A stretch of 64,000 bases of DNA from an uncultured Candidatus Saccharibacteria bacterium (GTDB lineage: Bacteria; Patescibacteriota; Minisyncoccia; Phycocordibacterales; UBA9973), in contig CAYNHU010000006.1 of NCBI GenBank assembly GCA_964397435.1, forward strand, positions 344 to 64,343. Reading direction: 5' to 3'. This document shows, piece after piece, positions 30,922 through 39,178 of the stretch; positions within the stretch are counted from its first letter, which is position 1; the number at the start of each line of letters is the position of its first letter. The notes under the pieces are model-generated. The model made no database searches, was not told the DNA's origin, and saw only the letters and a list, made by a program, of their open reading frames with translations. Position numbers and translations under genes: made by a program.

Positions 30922-31227
30922 ATGAATATCAAAAAAGGAGACAACGTAGTTGTCCTTTCAGGAAAGGACAAAGGAGCAAAAGGCAAAGTCGTGAAGGTTT
31001 TGACAGACAAGAATCGCGTTCTCGTTGAAGGCGTTAATGTTTGGAAGAAACACCAGAAGGCTCGCTCACAGGAAGGCAAGGGTCAGATTATTGATGTAAC
31101 TCGCTCAATCCACATTTCAAACGTACAGCCAGTTGATCCAAAGACAGGCAAAGGTACTCGCGTAGGCAAGAAGGTCGTAGCAGGTAAGCGTGTCCGTGTC
31201 GCACAGAAAAGCGGCCAGGAACTCTAA
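30922..31227 (+). CDS. rplX: 50S ribosomal protein L24
   Basis: KGDNVVVLSGKDKG, IHISNV. Confidence 0.97.
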   Translation: MNIKKGDNVVVLSGKDKGAKGKVVKVLTDKNRVLVEGVNVWKKHQKARSQEGKGQIIDVTRSIHISNVQPVDPKTGKGTRVGKKVVAGKRVRVAQKSGQEL

Positions 31228-31238
31228 GAGTTACGCAT

Positions 31239-31778
31239 ATGAAATCAGTAAAGCAACGCGCAGAGCAGTCAGTTGAAGTAATGAAGTCAAGCTTCGGTTA
31301 CAAAAACAAAATGGCTGCACCAAAAATCCAGAAAGTAATCGTATCTGTCGGTACCGGCAGTTTGATGAAAAAAGATAAGAGTCGCAACGACTTTATCATG
31401 GATCGTCTTACAAAGATCACTGGCCAGAAGCCATCACTTCGTAAGGCAAAGAAATCAATCGCAAGTTTCAAAGTTCGTGCTGGTGACCCAATCGGCGTCG
31501 CAGTAACACTTCGAAACACTCGCATGTACTCATTCCTCGACAAACTTCTCAACATCGCACTTCCTCGAACAAAGGACTTCCGCGGTCTTGAACGAAGAAT
31601 TGTTGACGATATCGGTAACATCACAATTCCTGTTAAAGAACACACTATCTTCCCAGAAGCTGGTGATGAAGAATTGAAAGATGTCTTCGGTCTCGCTATC
31701 ACTGTTGTAACAACAGCGAAAAACAAGAAAGAAGCAACAAAGTTCTTCGAGCTCATCGGAGTTCCGTTCAAACAGTAG
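31239..31778 (+). CDS. rplE: 50S ribosomal protein L5
   Basis: ITGQKP, VTLR, LPRTKDFRG. Confidence 0.97.
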   Translation: MKSVKQRAEQSVEVMKSSFGYKNKMAAPKIQKVIVSVGTGSLMKKDKSRNDFIMDRLTKITGQKPSLRKAKKSIASFKVRAGDPIGVAVTLRNTRMYSFLDKLLNIALPRTKDFRGLERRIVDDIGNITIPVKEHTIFPEAGDEELKDVFGLAITVVTTAKNKKEATKFFELIGVPFKQ

Positions 31779-31782
31779 TTTC

Positions 31783-31822
31783 AAAAAACAAAAGCACCTC
31801 GAAAGAGGTGCTTTTGTTTTTT
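31783..31822 (+). terminator. Terminator after rplE
   Basis: AAAAAACAAAAGCACCTC-GAAA-GAGGTGCTTTTGTTTTTT. Confidence 0.9.
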
Positions 31823-31843
31823 TATATCTGATATACTTTGTGC

Positions 31844-32353
31844 ATGGTAAGCTAACAATTAGTTTCTTATATCCAACAACAAAAAGCAGCAGGCGTTTCA
31901 GAAGCTGCGTATCGTTCAGCACTCAAAACTCAAGGATGGTCAGATGAAGATATTACAGCAGCGTCACTCGGTCCGATTCCGACACCAGCAGTTGATATGA
32001 TCCCAACTCCTCCAGTTACTGCAGGCGATAGTGCTCTAGCCGTGTGGTCATTTTGGTTATTGGTAGCAGTAAGTGTTTTTCATATCATATGGTTAGGCGC
32101 TAAGAATGTGTCCATATTCAATTCTATAGCCCACCAATCATTGATTGGTACAGGTTATATCATACTTTTTGGGATTATAATCGTCTGTATTCTTTTAAAT
32201 TTCCTGCCAGTCATCCTTGCTATCCGTCCTTGGAAACGAGAGAAATTTACAAAGCAGATTGCAGTGAGCATTATTTCTTTTATTATTTGTCAGGCGCTAC
32301 TGCACGTTATATTCGTCGGCATTTTAGGCACATTTGGTGCGGTAGGTTGTTAA
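31844..32353 (+). pseudogene. Membrane protein with in-frame TAA at codon 4 (ORF track gives 31997-32353)
   Basis: ATG GTA AGC TAA CAA TTA...; reads MVS*QLVSYIQQQKAAGVSEAAYRSALKTQGWSDEDI and continues in frame into three TM helices. Confidence 0.6.
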
Positions 32354-32357
32354 GCAT

Positions 32358-32908
32358 ATGATTAAAAAACTTTTCATCATTCAAATAATTGTGATTCTCG
32401 GGTTTCTTCTTTTTATGTTCAAGGAAGAACTTGGGTTGGTAAAATCGATGCATGATATGGATTACATAGATCGTGTTTCGGTTTACGGTCTTGATTACCC
32501 AACGAGTGACGGACTCTGTATATCAAGTGATGGCATGACAACTTTTAATTGTGAAACAGGAGTATCTGAGGCGTTCCCAATTTCAATCATTGAGCCTCAA
32601 TATAAGGCAACATGGACAGGTGGTGGCATGTATCAGATCCTGTGGCGCGCAGATTCAAAAAACCTGTAACTATTAAGGCGTGTACGATGCCTAAACCACA
32701 ACAGGCAGAAAAGTGTATTCTAATCGCGGAAATACCAGCGTCGCAAGACCAACGTAATTCATCTGCGATGTATATGTACTCTGTAGAAAAAGGAACTATT
32801 CAATCAAAAGGGGATATTTATATAACAGTAAGCACCCCATCTAGTAGTAGCCATGCCTTGATAACGGTTGAAAATACAAAGCTGTTTGAGGCGCTGAGTA
32901 AGCAATAA
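32358..32908 (+). pseudogene. Hypothetical exported protein, apparently split by a frameshift in an A6 run
   Basis: ORFs 32358-32669 and 32612-32908 join if the A run at 32657-32662 gains one A. Confidence 0.5.
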
Positions 32909-32920
32909 TTCGTTAATCCA

Positions 32921-32949
32921 TTGACGTTTTCAGCCTTTTCTGCTATTAT
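32921..32949 (+). promoter_or_regulatory. Sigma70 promoter of rpsN segment
   Basis: TTGACG-17 nt-(TG)TATTAT. Confidence 0.8.
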
Positions 32950-33090
32950 ATAGAAAGCACCGGTCATGGTGCTTTTGTCTACTTAATCCGTTCGGTTTCA
33001 TATTATGCCTATCCCGCATAGGCGTCTCATGAGCCCAAACGCGATATTGGAAGATGAATTTATTAAAGTAAGCTTTTTTACTATTGCTAT

Positions 33091-33276
33091 ATGGCAAAGA
33101 CATCAACTGTTGCCCGTTCGCAGAAAAAGCCAAAGTTCTCAACACGAGCGAAAAACCGCTGTTTTCGCTGTGGTCGCGGTCGAGGATTCATGCGTGATTT
33201 CGGCCTTTGCCGAATCTGCTTCCGTGAGCTCGCAAACGAAGGAATGATTCCTGGCGTTCGCAAGTCTTCATGGTAA
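33091..33276 (+). CDS. rpsN: 30S ribosomal protein S14, Zn-binding type
   Basis: CFRCGR...CRICFRE. Confidence 0.97.
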   Translation: MAKTSTVARSQKKPKFSTRAKNRCFRCGRGRGFMRDFGLCRICFRELANEGMIPGVRKSSW

Positions 33277-33296
33277 TTAACTTTTTGAGTTAACAC

Positions 33297-33683
33297 ATGG
33301 ATCCAATCGCAAATATGCTCGTTATGATCAAGAACGCTTCACGCGCTGGCAATGCCATCGTTGTGTTCCCGTATTCAAAGATCAAGTTCGAGATTGCAAA
33401 CACTTTGGTTCGCGCGGGATTTATTAAGAGTGTAAACAAGAAAACAAAGAAGAAGGGAGAAGTGATCGAGGTCGAACTCCTCTATAAGGAAGGCACACCA
33501 CGTATCAACGACGTCGTTCGTGTTTCAAAAGTATCACGCCGCATGTATGCTGGCTTGGGCGATTTGAAACCAGTCAAAAACGGTCGTGGCGCTATGGTCC
33601 TCTCAACTCCAAAAGGTATTTTGACCGACAAGGAGGCGAAACAGGAACATGTCGGTGGTGAAGTCATCCTTTCAATTTGGTAA
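33297..33683 (+). CDS. rpsH: 30S ribosomal protein S8
   Basis: DPIANML, STPKGI, GGEV. Confidence 0.97.
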   Translation: MDPIANMLVMIKNASRAGNAIVVFPYSKIKFEIANTLVRAGFIKSVNKKTKKKGEVIEVELLYKEGTPRINDVVRVSKVSRRMYAGLGDLKPVKNGRGAMVLSTPKGILTDKEAKQEHVGGEVILSIW

Positions 33684-33701
33684 TTACATTGAGTTATAGC
33701 T

Positions 33702-34235
33702 ATGTCACGAATCGGTAAACAAGAAGTAGTGATCCCAAGCGGTACTGAAGTCACGCTCGACAACGGTACACTCACTGTCAAGGGACCAAAAGGAACACTC
33801 TCACGAACATTCCGTAACGAAGTCGCTATCATTATTGATGGTGGTAAAGTTACATTTAAGCAAGAAGCTGCCGGCGGTTTCGCATACGCACTCTGGGGTA
33901 CATACGCTTCTCATGTCAAAAACATGATCACAGGCGTTAACACTCCATACGTTAAGAAACTCATCCTCGAAGGTGTCGGTTTCAAAAGTGAAGTTAAAGG
34001 CAAAAACCTTGATCTCGCACTCGGCTTCTCACACCCAGTTTCAGTTCCAATCCCAGAAGGTTTGACTGTGACTGCTGAAAAGAACAACATTACCGTAACT
34101 GGTATTGATAAAGAAAAGGTCGGACAATTCGCTGCAATGGTACGCGCACTCAAGAAACCAGAACCATACAAAGGTAAAGGTTTCCGCTATGACAATGAAG
34201 TCATCCGTCGCAAGCAAGGCAAGAAAACAGCTTAA
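33702..34235 (+). CDS. rplF: 50S ribosomal protein L6
   Basis: MSRIGK, PEPYKGKG. Confidence 0.97.
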   Translation: MSRIGKQEVVIPSGTEVTLDNGTLTVKGPKGTLSRTFRNEVAIIIDGGKVTFKQEAAGGFAYALWGTYASHVKNMITGVNTPYVKKLILEGVGFKSEVKGKNLDLALGFSHPVSVPIPEGLTVTAEKNNITVTGIDKEKVGQFAAMVRALKKPEPYKGKGFRYDNEVIRRKQGKKTA

Positions 34236-34248
34236 GTAAAATAACTCT

Positions 34249-34596
34249 ATGAACACACAGAATAAAAACGAAAAGCGTCTTCGCCTCAAGCGAAAAATCC
34301 GCATGAAGATCGCAGGTACTGATGCACGTCCTCGTCTTTCAGTCTATCGATCAAACAAATTCATTTATGCTCAGTTGATTGACGACAACGCAGGTAAAAC
34401 TCTTATCTCAGCTTCAGACGTAAAGACAGCAAAAGGAACAAAAACTGTTCGCGCAGAAGAAATTGGCACAATGGTTGCTCAGGCTGCTCTTGCAAAAAAT
34501 ATCAAAGAGGTCGTCTTTGATCGAAACGGTTTCAAGTATACTGGTCGCGTAAAGCTCCTCGCGGATGCTGCACGTAAGGCTGGTCTTAAATTCTAA
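34249..34596 (+). CDS. rplR: 50S ribosomal protein L18
   Basis: [17 protein letters not shown]. Confidence 0.97.
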   Translation: MNTQNKNEKRLRLKRKIRMKIAGTDARPRLSVYRSNKFIYAQLIDDNAGKTLISASDVKTAKGTKTVRAEEIGTMVAQAALAKNIKEVVFDRNGFKYTGRVKLLADAARKAGLKF

Positions 34597-34601
34597 ACGT
34601 T

Positions 34602-35246
34602 ATGGCAGAAACAAATACAACAAAACCAGCTGCACGTCCTCTACGCCCTCAGGGTTCACGCCCAGCAGGTGCTCGTGGTACAAGTCCTCGTGGTGCTGGT
34701 TCAAATGGTCCTCGTGGCGGTGCTCCTCGCGGAGGTGATCGCGGACGACGTCCATCATTTGAACGTCCAAAGCCTGAATTCGATCAGAAGATTATCTCAA
34801 TCCGCCGCGTGACTCGCGTGGTCTCAGGTGGTCGCCGTATGTCATTCGCTGTTGCGATTGCAATTGGTGACAAGAAAGGTTCAGTTGGCGTTGGTACAGG
34901 TAAGGCAGGTGACACTTCACTCGCAATCAACAAAGCGGTTCGAAGTGCTCGCAAACAGATGATCAAAGTTAAGCTCAACAAGAAAGGCTCAATCCCACAC
35001 GAAGTATCTGCAAAATACAGTAGTGCTCGTGTATTGATCCGTCCAAACAACGATCGTGGTTTGGTGTCTGGTTCAGCAACTCGTGACATTTTGAACCTTG
35101 CTGGTATCACTAATGTTACATCAAAAATTCACTCAGGCAGTAAGAACAAACTCAACATTGCTCGTGTGACTATCAAAGCACTTTCAAACGTTGCGACAAA
35201 ACGCGGCATGGTCGAGAAGGCGCCTGAAGCAGCAGTAACTCAGTAA
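34602..35246 (+). CDS. rpsE: 30S ribosomal protein S5 with Gly/Arg/Pro-rich N-terminal extension
   Basis: RRVTRVVSGGRRMSF. Confidence 0.96.
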   Translation: MAETNTTKPAARPLRPQGSRPAGARGTSPRGAGSNGPRGGAPRGGDRGRRPSFERPKPEFDQKIISIRRVTRVVSGGRRMSFAVAIAIGDKKGSVGVGTGKAGDTSLAINKAVRSARKQMIKVKLNKKGSIPHEVSAKYSSARVLIRPNNDRGLVSGSATRDILNLAGITNVTSKIHSGSKNKLNIARVTIKALSNVATKRGMVEKAPEAAVTQ

Positions 35247-35253
35247 TAGGCTT

Positions 35254-35685
35254 ATGCAATTACATCAACTTAAGCGAAAAAATCCGAACGAGAAACACGT
35301 TCAGGTTGGTCGCGGAGGTAAGCGTGGTAAGACTTCTGGTCGTGGTACAAAAGGTCAGAATGCTCGTGCTGGTAACAAAAAGTTCCCAGAAATCCGTCTC
35401 ATCCTCAAGAAGCTCCCAAAGCTTCGTGGTTACAAATTCAACTCACACCAAACAAAAACATCTGTTGTTAACTTGAGTGCACTTGAAGCTGCATTCCAGA
35501 AGAACGATCAGGTTACTCCAGAAGTATTGCGCGCGAAAAAGCTCGTAACCTATCCAAAGGGTTCAAAACCGGTCGTAAAGATCTTGGCAACAGGCTCAAT
35601 CTCAATTCCACTTTTGGTTTCAGGCTGCAAGGTCTCACAACAGGCAAAGGATAAAATCGTTGCAGCAGGCGGCGCAGTTAAATAA
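35254..35685 (+). CDS. rplO: 50S ribosomal protein L15
   Basis: GRGGKRGKTSGRGTKGQNAR. Confidence 0.96.
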   Translation: MQLHQLKRKNPNEKHVQVGRGGKRGKTSGRGTKGQNARAGNKKFPEIRLILKKLPKLRGYKFNSHQTKTSVVNLSALEAAFQKNDQVTPEVLRAKKLVTYPKGSKPVVKILATGSISIPLLVSGCKVSQQAKDKIVAAGGAVK

Positions 35686-35714
35686 GACTGCACTAGCTGC
35701 TGCTTCCACTACAT

Positions 35715-36986
35715 ATGGAAACAGTATGGAATAAAATTAAAATGGTGTTCACGGATCGTTTGCTCCGCAAGCGTGTCCTCGTAATGATCGCAGCGCTCGT
35801 TGTATTCCGACTTTTGGCAGCAATTCCAATTCCAGGAATCGACGCAGGACGTCTCGCGGCATTCTTGAACAACAACCAGTTCTTTGGCGTATTGAATATC
35901 TTCTCTGGTGGTGGTCTCTCAACATTGTCATTAGTCATGCTTGGTGTTGGACCATTTATCACAGCGTCAATTATTCTTCAATTGTTGACGATTATGGTAC
36001 CTCGCTTGAAACAGCTCTACCAAGAAGAAGGTGAACTTGGCCGCAAGAAATTTGCTCAGTACACACGTTTATTGACTATCCCACTTGCTGCTGCGCAGGG
36101 CTTGAGTCTCATGGTTATCTTGACTCGTCAGGGTATTCTCGGTGAACTCGATCTCTTCTCAAAACTCGTTGCACTCATCACTATTATCGCAGGTTCAATC
36201 TTGTTGATGTGGATTGGTGAAATTGTAACTGAGTTCGGTATCGGTAACGGTGTATCATTGATCATCTTTGCAGGTATTATTGCGCAGGTTCCTCAGGAAA
36301 TTTCACAGTTCTTGTTCTCGTTTGATGCATCACAGATTCCAACAATTATTATTTTTGTGCTTATTACATTTATTGTGATTGGATTCGTTGTCTTCGTTAC
36401 AGAAGCAGAGCGTTCAATCCCTGTAACATACGCAAAACGTCTTGTTGGTAACAAAACAACTGGTGGTGTCTCGACCTATGTTCCAATTCGTATCAACCAA
36501 GCTGGTGTGATGCCAATTATCTTTGCACTTTCAATCTTGCTCTTCCCACAAATTTTGGGAACAGTGTTGACTGGTGCTGCAAATGGCACACTCCAAGCAA
36601 TTGGTCACGCATTGACTGCATTCGTGCAGAATGCATGGGCGTACTCAACAGCGTACTTCTTCCTTGTCTTTATCTTCACATATTTCTACACGGCTATCAC
36701 ATTTGATCCACATCAGATGGCTGAAAACCTTCAGAAAAATGGAGCATTCGTTCCGGGTGTTCGCCCAGGACAGCAGACAGAAGAACACATTGGTGATATT
36801 ACTGCTCGTATTACATTTATTGGAGCGCTCTTCCTCGGTGTCATCGCTGTTATCCCACTCATTTTGAAAGAAGTGACTGGTATCACACAGATTGCCGTTG
36901 GTGGTACAGCCCTCCTCATCGTCGTTTCAGTGGTTCTTGACCTCTTGAAGCGTATCGATGCGCAGCTCTCAATGAGAGAATATTAA
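35715..36986 (+). CDS. secY: Preprotein translocase SecY
   Basis: LGVGPFITASI, GIGNGVSLIIF, PGVRPG, GGTALLIVV. Confidence 0.98.
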   Translation: METVWNKIKMVFTDRLLRKRVLVMIAALVVFRLLAAIPIPGIDAGRLAAFLNNNQFFGVLNIFSGGGLSTLSLVMLGVGPFITASIILQLLTIMVPRLKQLYQEEGELGRKKFAQYTRLLTIPLAAAQGLSLMVILTRQGILGELDLFSKLVALITIIAGSILLMWIGEIVTEFGIGNGVSLIIFAGIIAQVPQEISQFLFSFDASQIPTIIIFVLITFIVIGFVVFVTEAERSIPVTYAKRLVGNKTTGGVSTYVPIRINQAGVMPIIFALSILLFPQILGTVLTGAANGTLQAIGHALTAFVQNAWAYSTAYFFLVFIFTYFYTAITFDPHQMAENLQKNGAFVPGVRPGQQTEEHIGDITARITFIGALFLGVIAVIPLILKEVTGITQIAVGGTALLIVVSVVLDLLKRIDAQLSMREY

Positions 36987-36996
36987 ATCGAACATT

Positions 36997-37026
36997 AAAA
37001 ACAGCCCGCTTTGTCGGGCTGTTTTT
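36997..37026 (+). terminator. Terminator after secY
   Basis: AAAAACAGCCCG...CGGGCTGTTTTT. Confidence 0.8.
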
Positions 37027-37046
37027 GTATGCTAGTATGGGAGCGT

Positions 37047-37631
37047 ATGCAACCAAAAACCTATGTATTCTTCGGTATCGTGGGAGCCGGCAAGGGGACC
37101 CAGATCGAACTCCTCCAAAAGGACTTAACTGCCAAAGACGGACGGTCTATTGTCTATGCCTACCCAGGTTCTGAATACCGTAAAATCACTGCAAGTGAGA
37201 GTTTTACGGGTTCTTTGGTTAAAGGCAAGCTTGAACGAGGTGAACTCCAGCCTGACTTCCTTACCGTAGCTCTTTTTACCTCAATTCTCGTTGACCAGCT
37301 TACTCCAGAGAGTCACTTGATCGCTGATGGATACCCACGAACTCCAGCACAGACTGAAGCATTTGTTGCCGCACTCGAATTCTATAAACGTGCATCTCCT
37401 GAAATTGTTGTGATTGAAGTTTCTAAAGAAGAAGTTATCAAACGCATGAAACTTCGTGGACGTTCAGACGATACAGACGAAGGCATCGCACGTCGCTTCT
37501 TTGAATATGAAAACAACGTACTTCCTGCGCTCGAACTTCTGCAATCAAAAGGATACACAGTTCACAAAATTAACGGAGAACAAACTGTCGAAGCCGTTCA
37601 CGAAGAAATTAAACAGAAACTCGGGCTTTAA
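37047..37631 (+). CDS. adk: Adenylate kinase family, short-LID type
   Basis: GIVGAGKGTQ, DGYPRT, RGRSDD; follows secY. Confidence 0.88.
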   Translation: MQPKTYVFFGIVGAGKGTQIELLQKDLTAKDGRSIVYAYPGSEYRKITASESFTGSLVKGKLERGELQPDFLTVALFTSILVDQLTPESHLIADGYPRTPAQTEAFVAALEFYKRASPEIVVIEVSKEEVIKRMKLRGRSDDTDEGIARRFFEYENNVLPALELLQSKGYTVHKINGEQTVEAVHEEIKQKLGL

Positions 37632-37634
37632 TTT

Positions 37635-38327
37635 ATGGACAACACACGTACATGGACTATTATCTCGCTCGGCGGATCATTGATTGTTCCAGGGGGTATT
37701 GATATTTCTTTTCTCAAAGCATTTCGTGATTTGATTACTGAATATACGAAGCAGGGCATGTCATTTGTGATTGTTACGGGTGGTGGCAAAACTGCACGTA
37801 TCTACCAAGACGCACTTGCGCAGATCGAAGGAACAACAGCAGATGATTTGGATTGGGTTGGCATTGGTGCACTTCGTTTGAATGCGATTCTTGTTGCCAA
37901 AGTGTTTGGCGAACTCGCACATCCAGATGTTATCAATACTGGCCCAGATGGATTTGTAAATATTGAGAAACCTGTTGTAGTCGTTGGTGCTGATAATCCT
38001 GGTAAAAGTACTGACATGGGCGCGATTCATTTTGCGATGAAAGTCGGTGCGAAGAAAGTGATTAATCTTTCAAACATTGACCACGCATATGACAGTGATC
38101 CTCGTCAGAATCCAAATGCAAAACGTCTTGATACCGTAAGTTGGGCAGAATACCGCTCATACATTCCACGTGAATGGAAACCAGGACTTTCAACTCCATT
38201 TGACCCAATCGCATCAGCAGCCGCCGAAGAAGGGGGTATTGAAGTAGCTATCATGAATGGCGCAAATCTCACTAATCTCAAAAATTATCTCGAAGGTAAG
38301 GAATTTATTGGTACCGTGATTAAATAA
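37635..38327 (+). CDS. pyrH: UMP kinase, archaeal-type
   Basis: SLGGS, GGGKTARIY, PGKSTD, YDSDPR, PFD. Confidence 0.9.
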   Translation: MDNTRTWTIISLGGSLIVPGGIDISFLKAFRDLITEYTKQGMSFVIVTGGGKTARIYQDALAQIEGTTADDLDWVGIGALRLNAILVAKVFGELAHPDVINTGPDGFVNIEKPVVVVGADNPGKSTDMGAIHFAMKVGAKKVINLSNIDHAYDSDPRQNPNAKRLDTVSWAEYRSYIPREWKPGLSTPFDPIASAAAEEGGIEVAIMNGANLTNLKNYLEGKEFIGTVIK

Positions 38328-38328
38328 T

Positions 38329-39099
38329 ATGGCAGCAATCATCAAAACAGCTGAAGAAATTGAATTGTTACGTGAAGGTGGTAAACGCCTCGCGCGTATT
38401 TTGGCAGAAGTTGCAACACATGTGCGACCAGGTATTTCATCATGGGAGCTTGATCAAATCGCAGAAGACTTGATTCGTGCGGGTGGCGACGAACCAGCAT
38501 TCAAACACTACAAACCGGCACTTCACATGAAACCATTTCCTGCATCACTTTGTGTCTCAGTAAACAACGAAATCGTCCATGGTATTCCATCAAAAGATGT
38601 TGTACTTAAAGAAGGCGATATTGTTTCGCTTGATCTTGGATTGAAACACAAGGGATTGTTTACTGATCATGCGATTACTGTGCCAGTTGGGAATGTTGCT
38701 AAATCTGATCTTGAATTACTTCGTGTAACCAAAGAAGCATTGCTTGTTGGTATCGATGTTGCTCGAGGTGGTAATCGCGTTGGCGACATCGGCTATGCTA
38801 TTGAACAGTACGTCAAAAAATACGGATATGGTATCACACGTGACCTCTCAGGGCACGGTGTTGGCCGTGCGATTCACGAAGATCCATATATTCCAAACTA
38901 TGGTAAAGCAGGCAAAGGAGAACTCCTCAAGCCTGGTATGGTTATTGCTATTGAACCGATGTTTAATCTCGGCGGAGATCCAACAGTTGTTGCTCGTGAT
39001 GGATACACGGTAAAAACAGCTGACGGCTCACGCAGTGCTCACTTTGAACACACAGTACATATTACTGAAGGGGAAGCGGAGATTTTGACACAAGTATAG
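38329..39099 (+). CDS. map: Methionine aminopeptidase type I
   Basis: SVNNEIVHGIP, GHGVG..IHEDP, IEPM, SAHFEHT. Confidence 0.97.
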   Translation: MAAIIKTAEEIELLREGGKRLARILAEVATHVRPGISSWELDQIAEDLIRAGGDEPAFKHYKPALHMKPFPASLCVSVNNEIVHGIPSKDVVLKEGDIVSLDLGLKHKGLFTDHAITVPVGNVAKSDLELLRVTKEALLVGIDVARGGNRVGDIGYAIEQYVKKYGYGITRDLSGHGVGRAIHEDPYIPNYGKAGKGELLKPGMVIAIEPMFNLGGDPTVVARDGYTVKTADGSRSAHFEHTVHITEGEAEILTQV

Positions 39100-39115
39100 T
39101 TTTTCTGAAGTTTCT

Positions 39116-39148
39116 AGAAACGGGATGTGAACACATCCCGTTTCTTTT
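39116..39148 (+). terminator. Terminator after map
   Basis: AGAAACGGGATGTG-AA-CACATCCCGTTTCTTTT. Confidence 0.8.
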
Positions 39149-39178
39149 GCGTAGTAATTACAGTATAATACTAACAAT

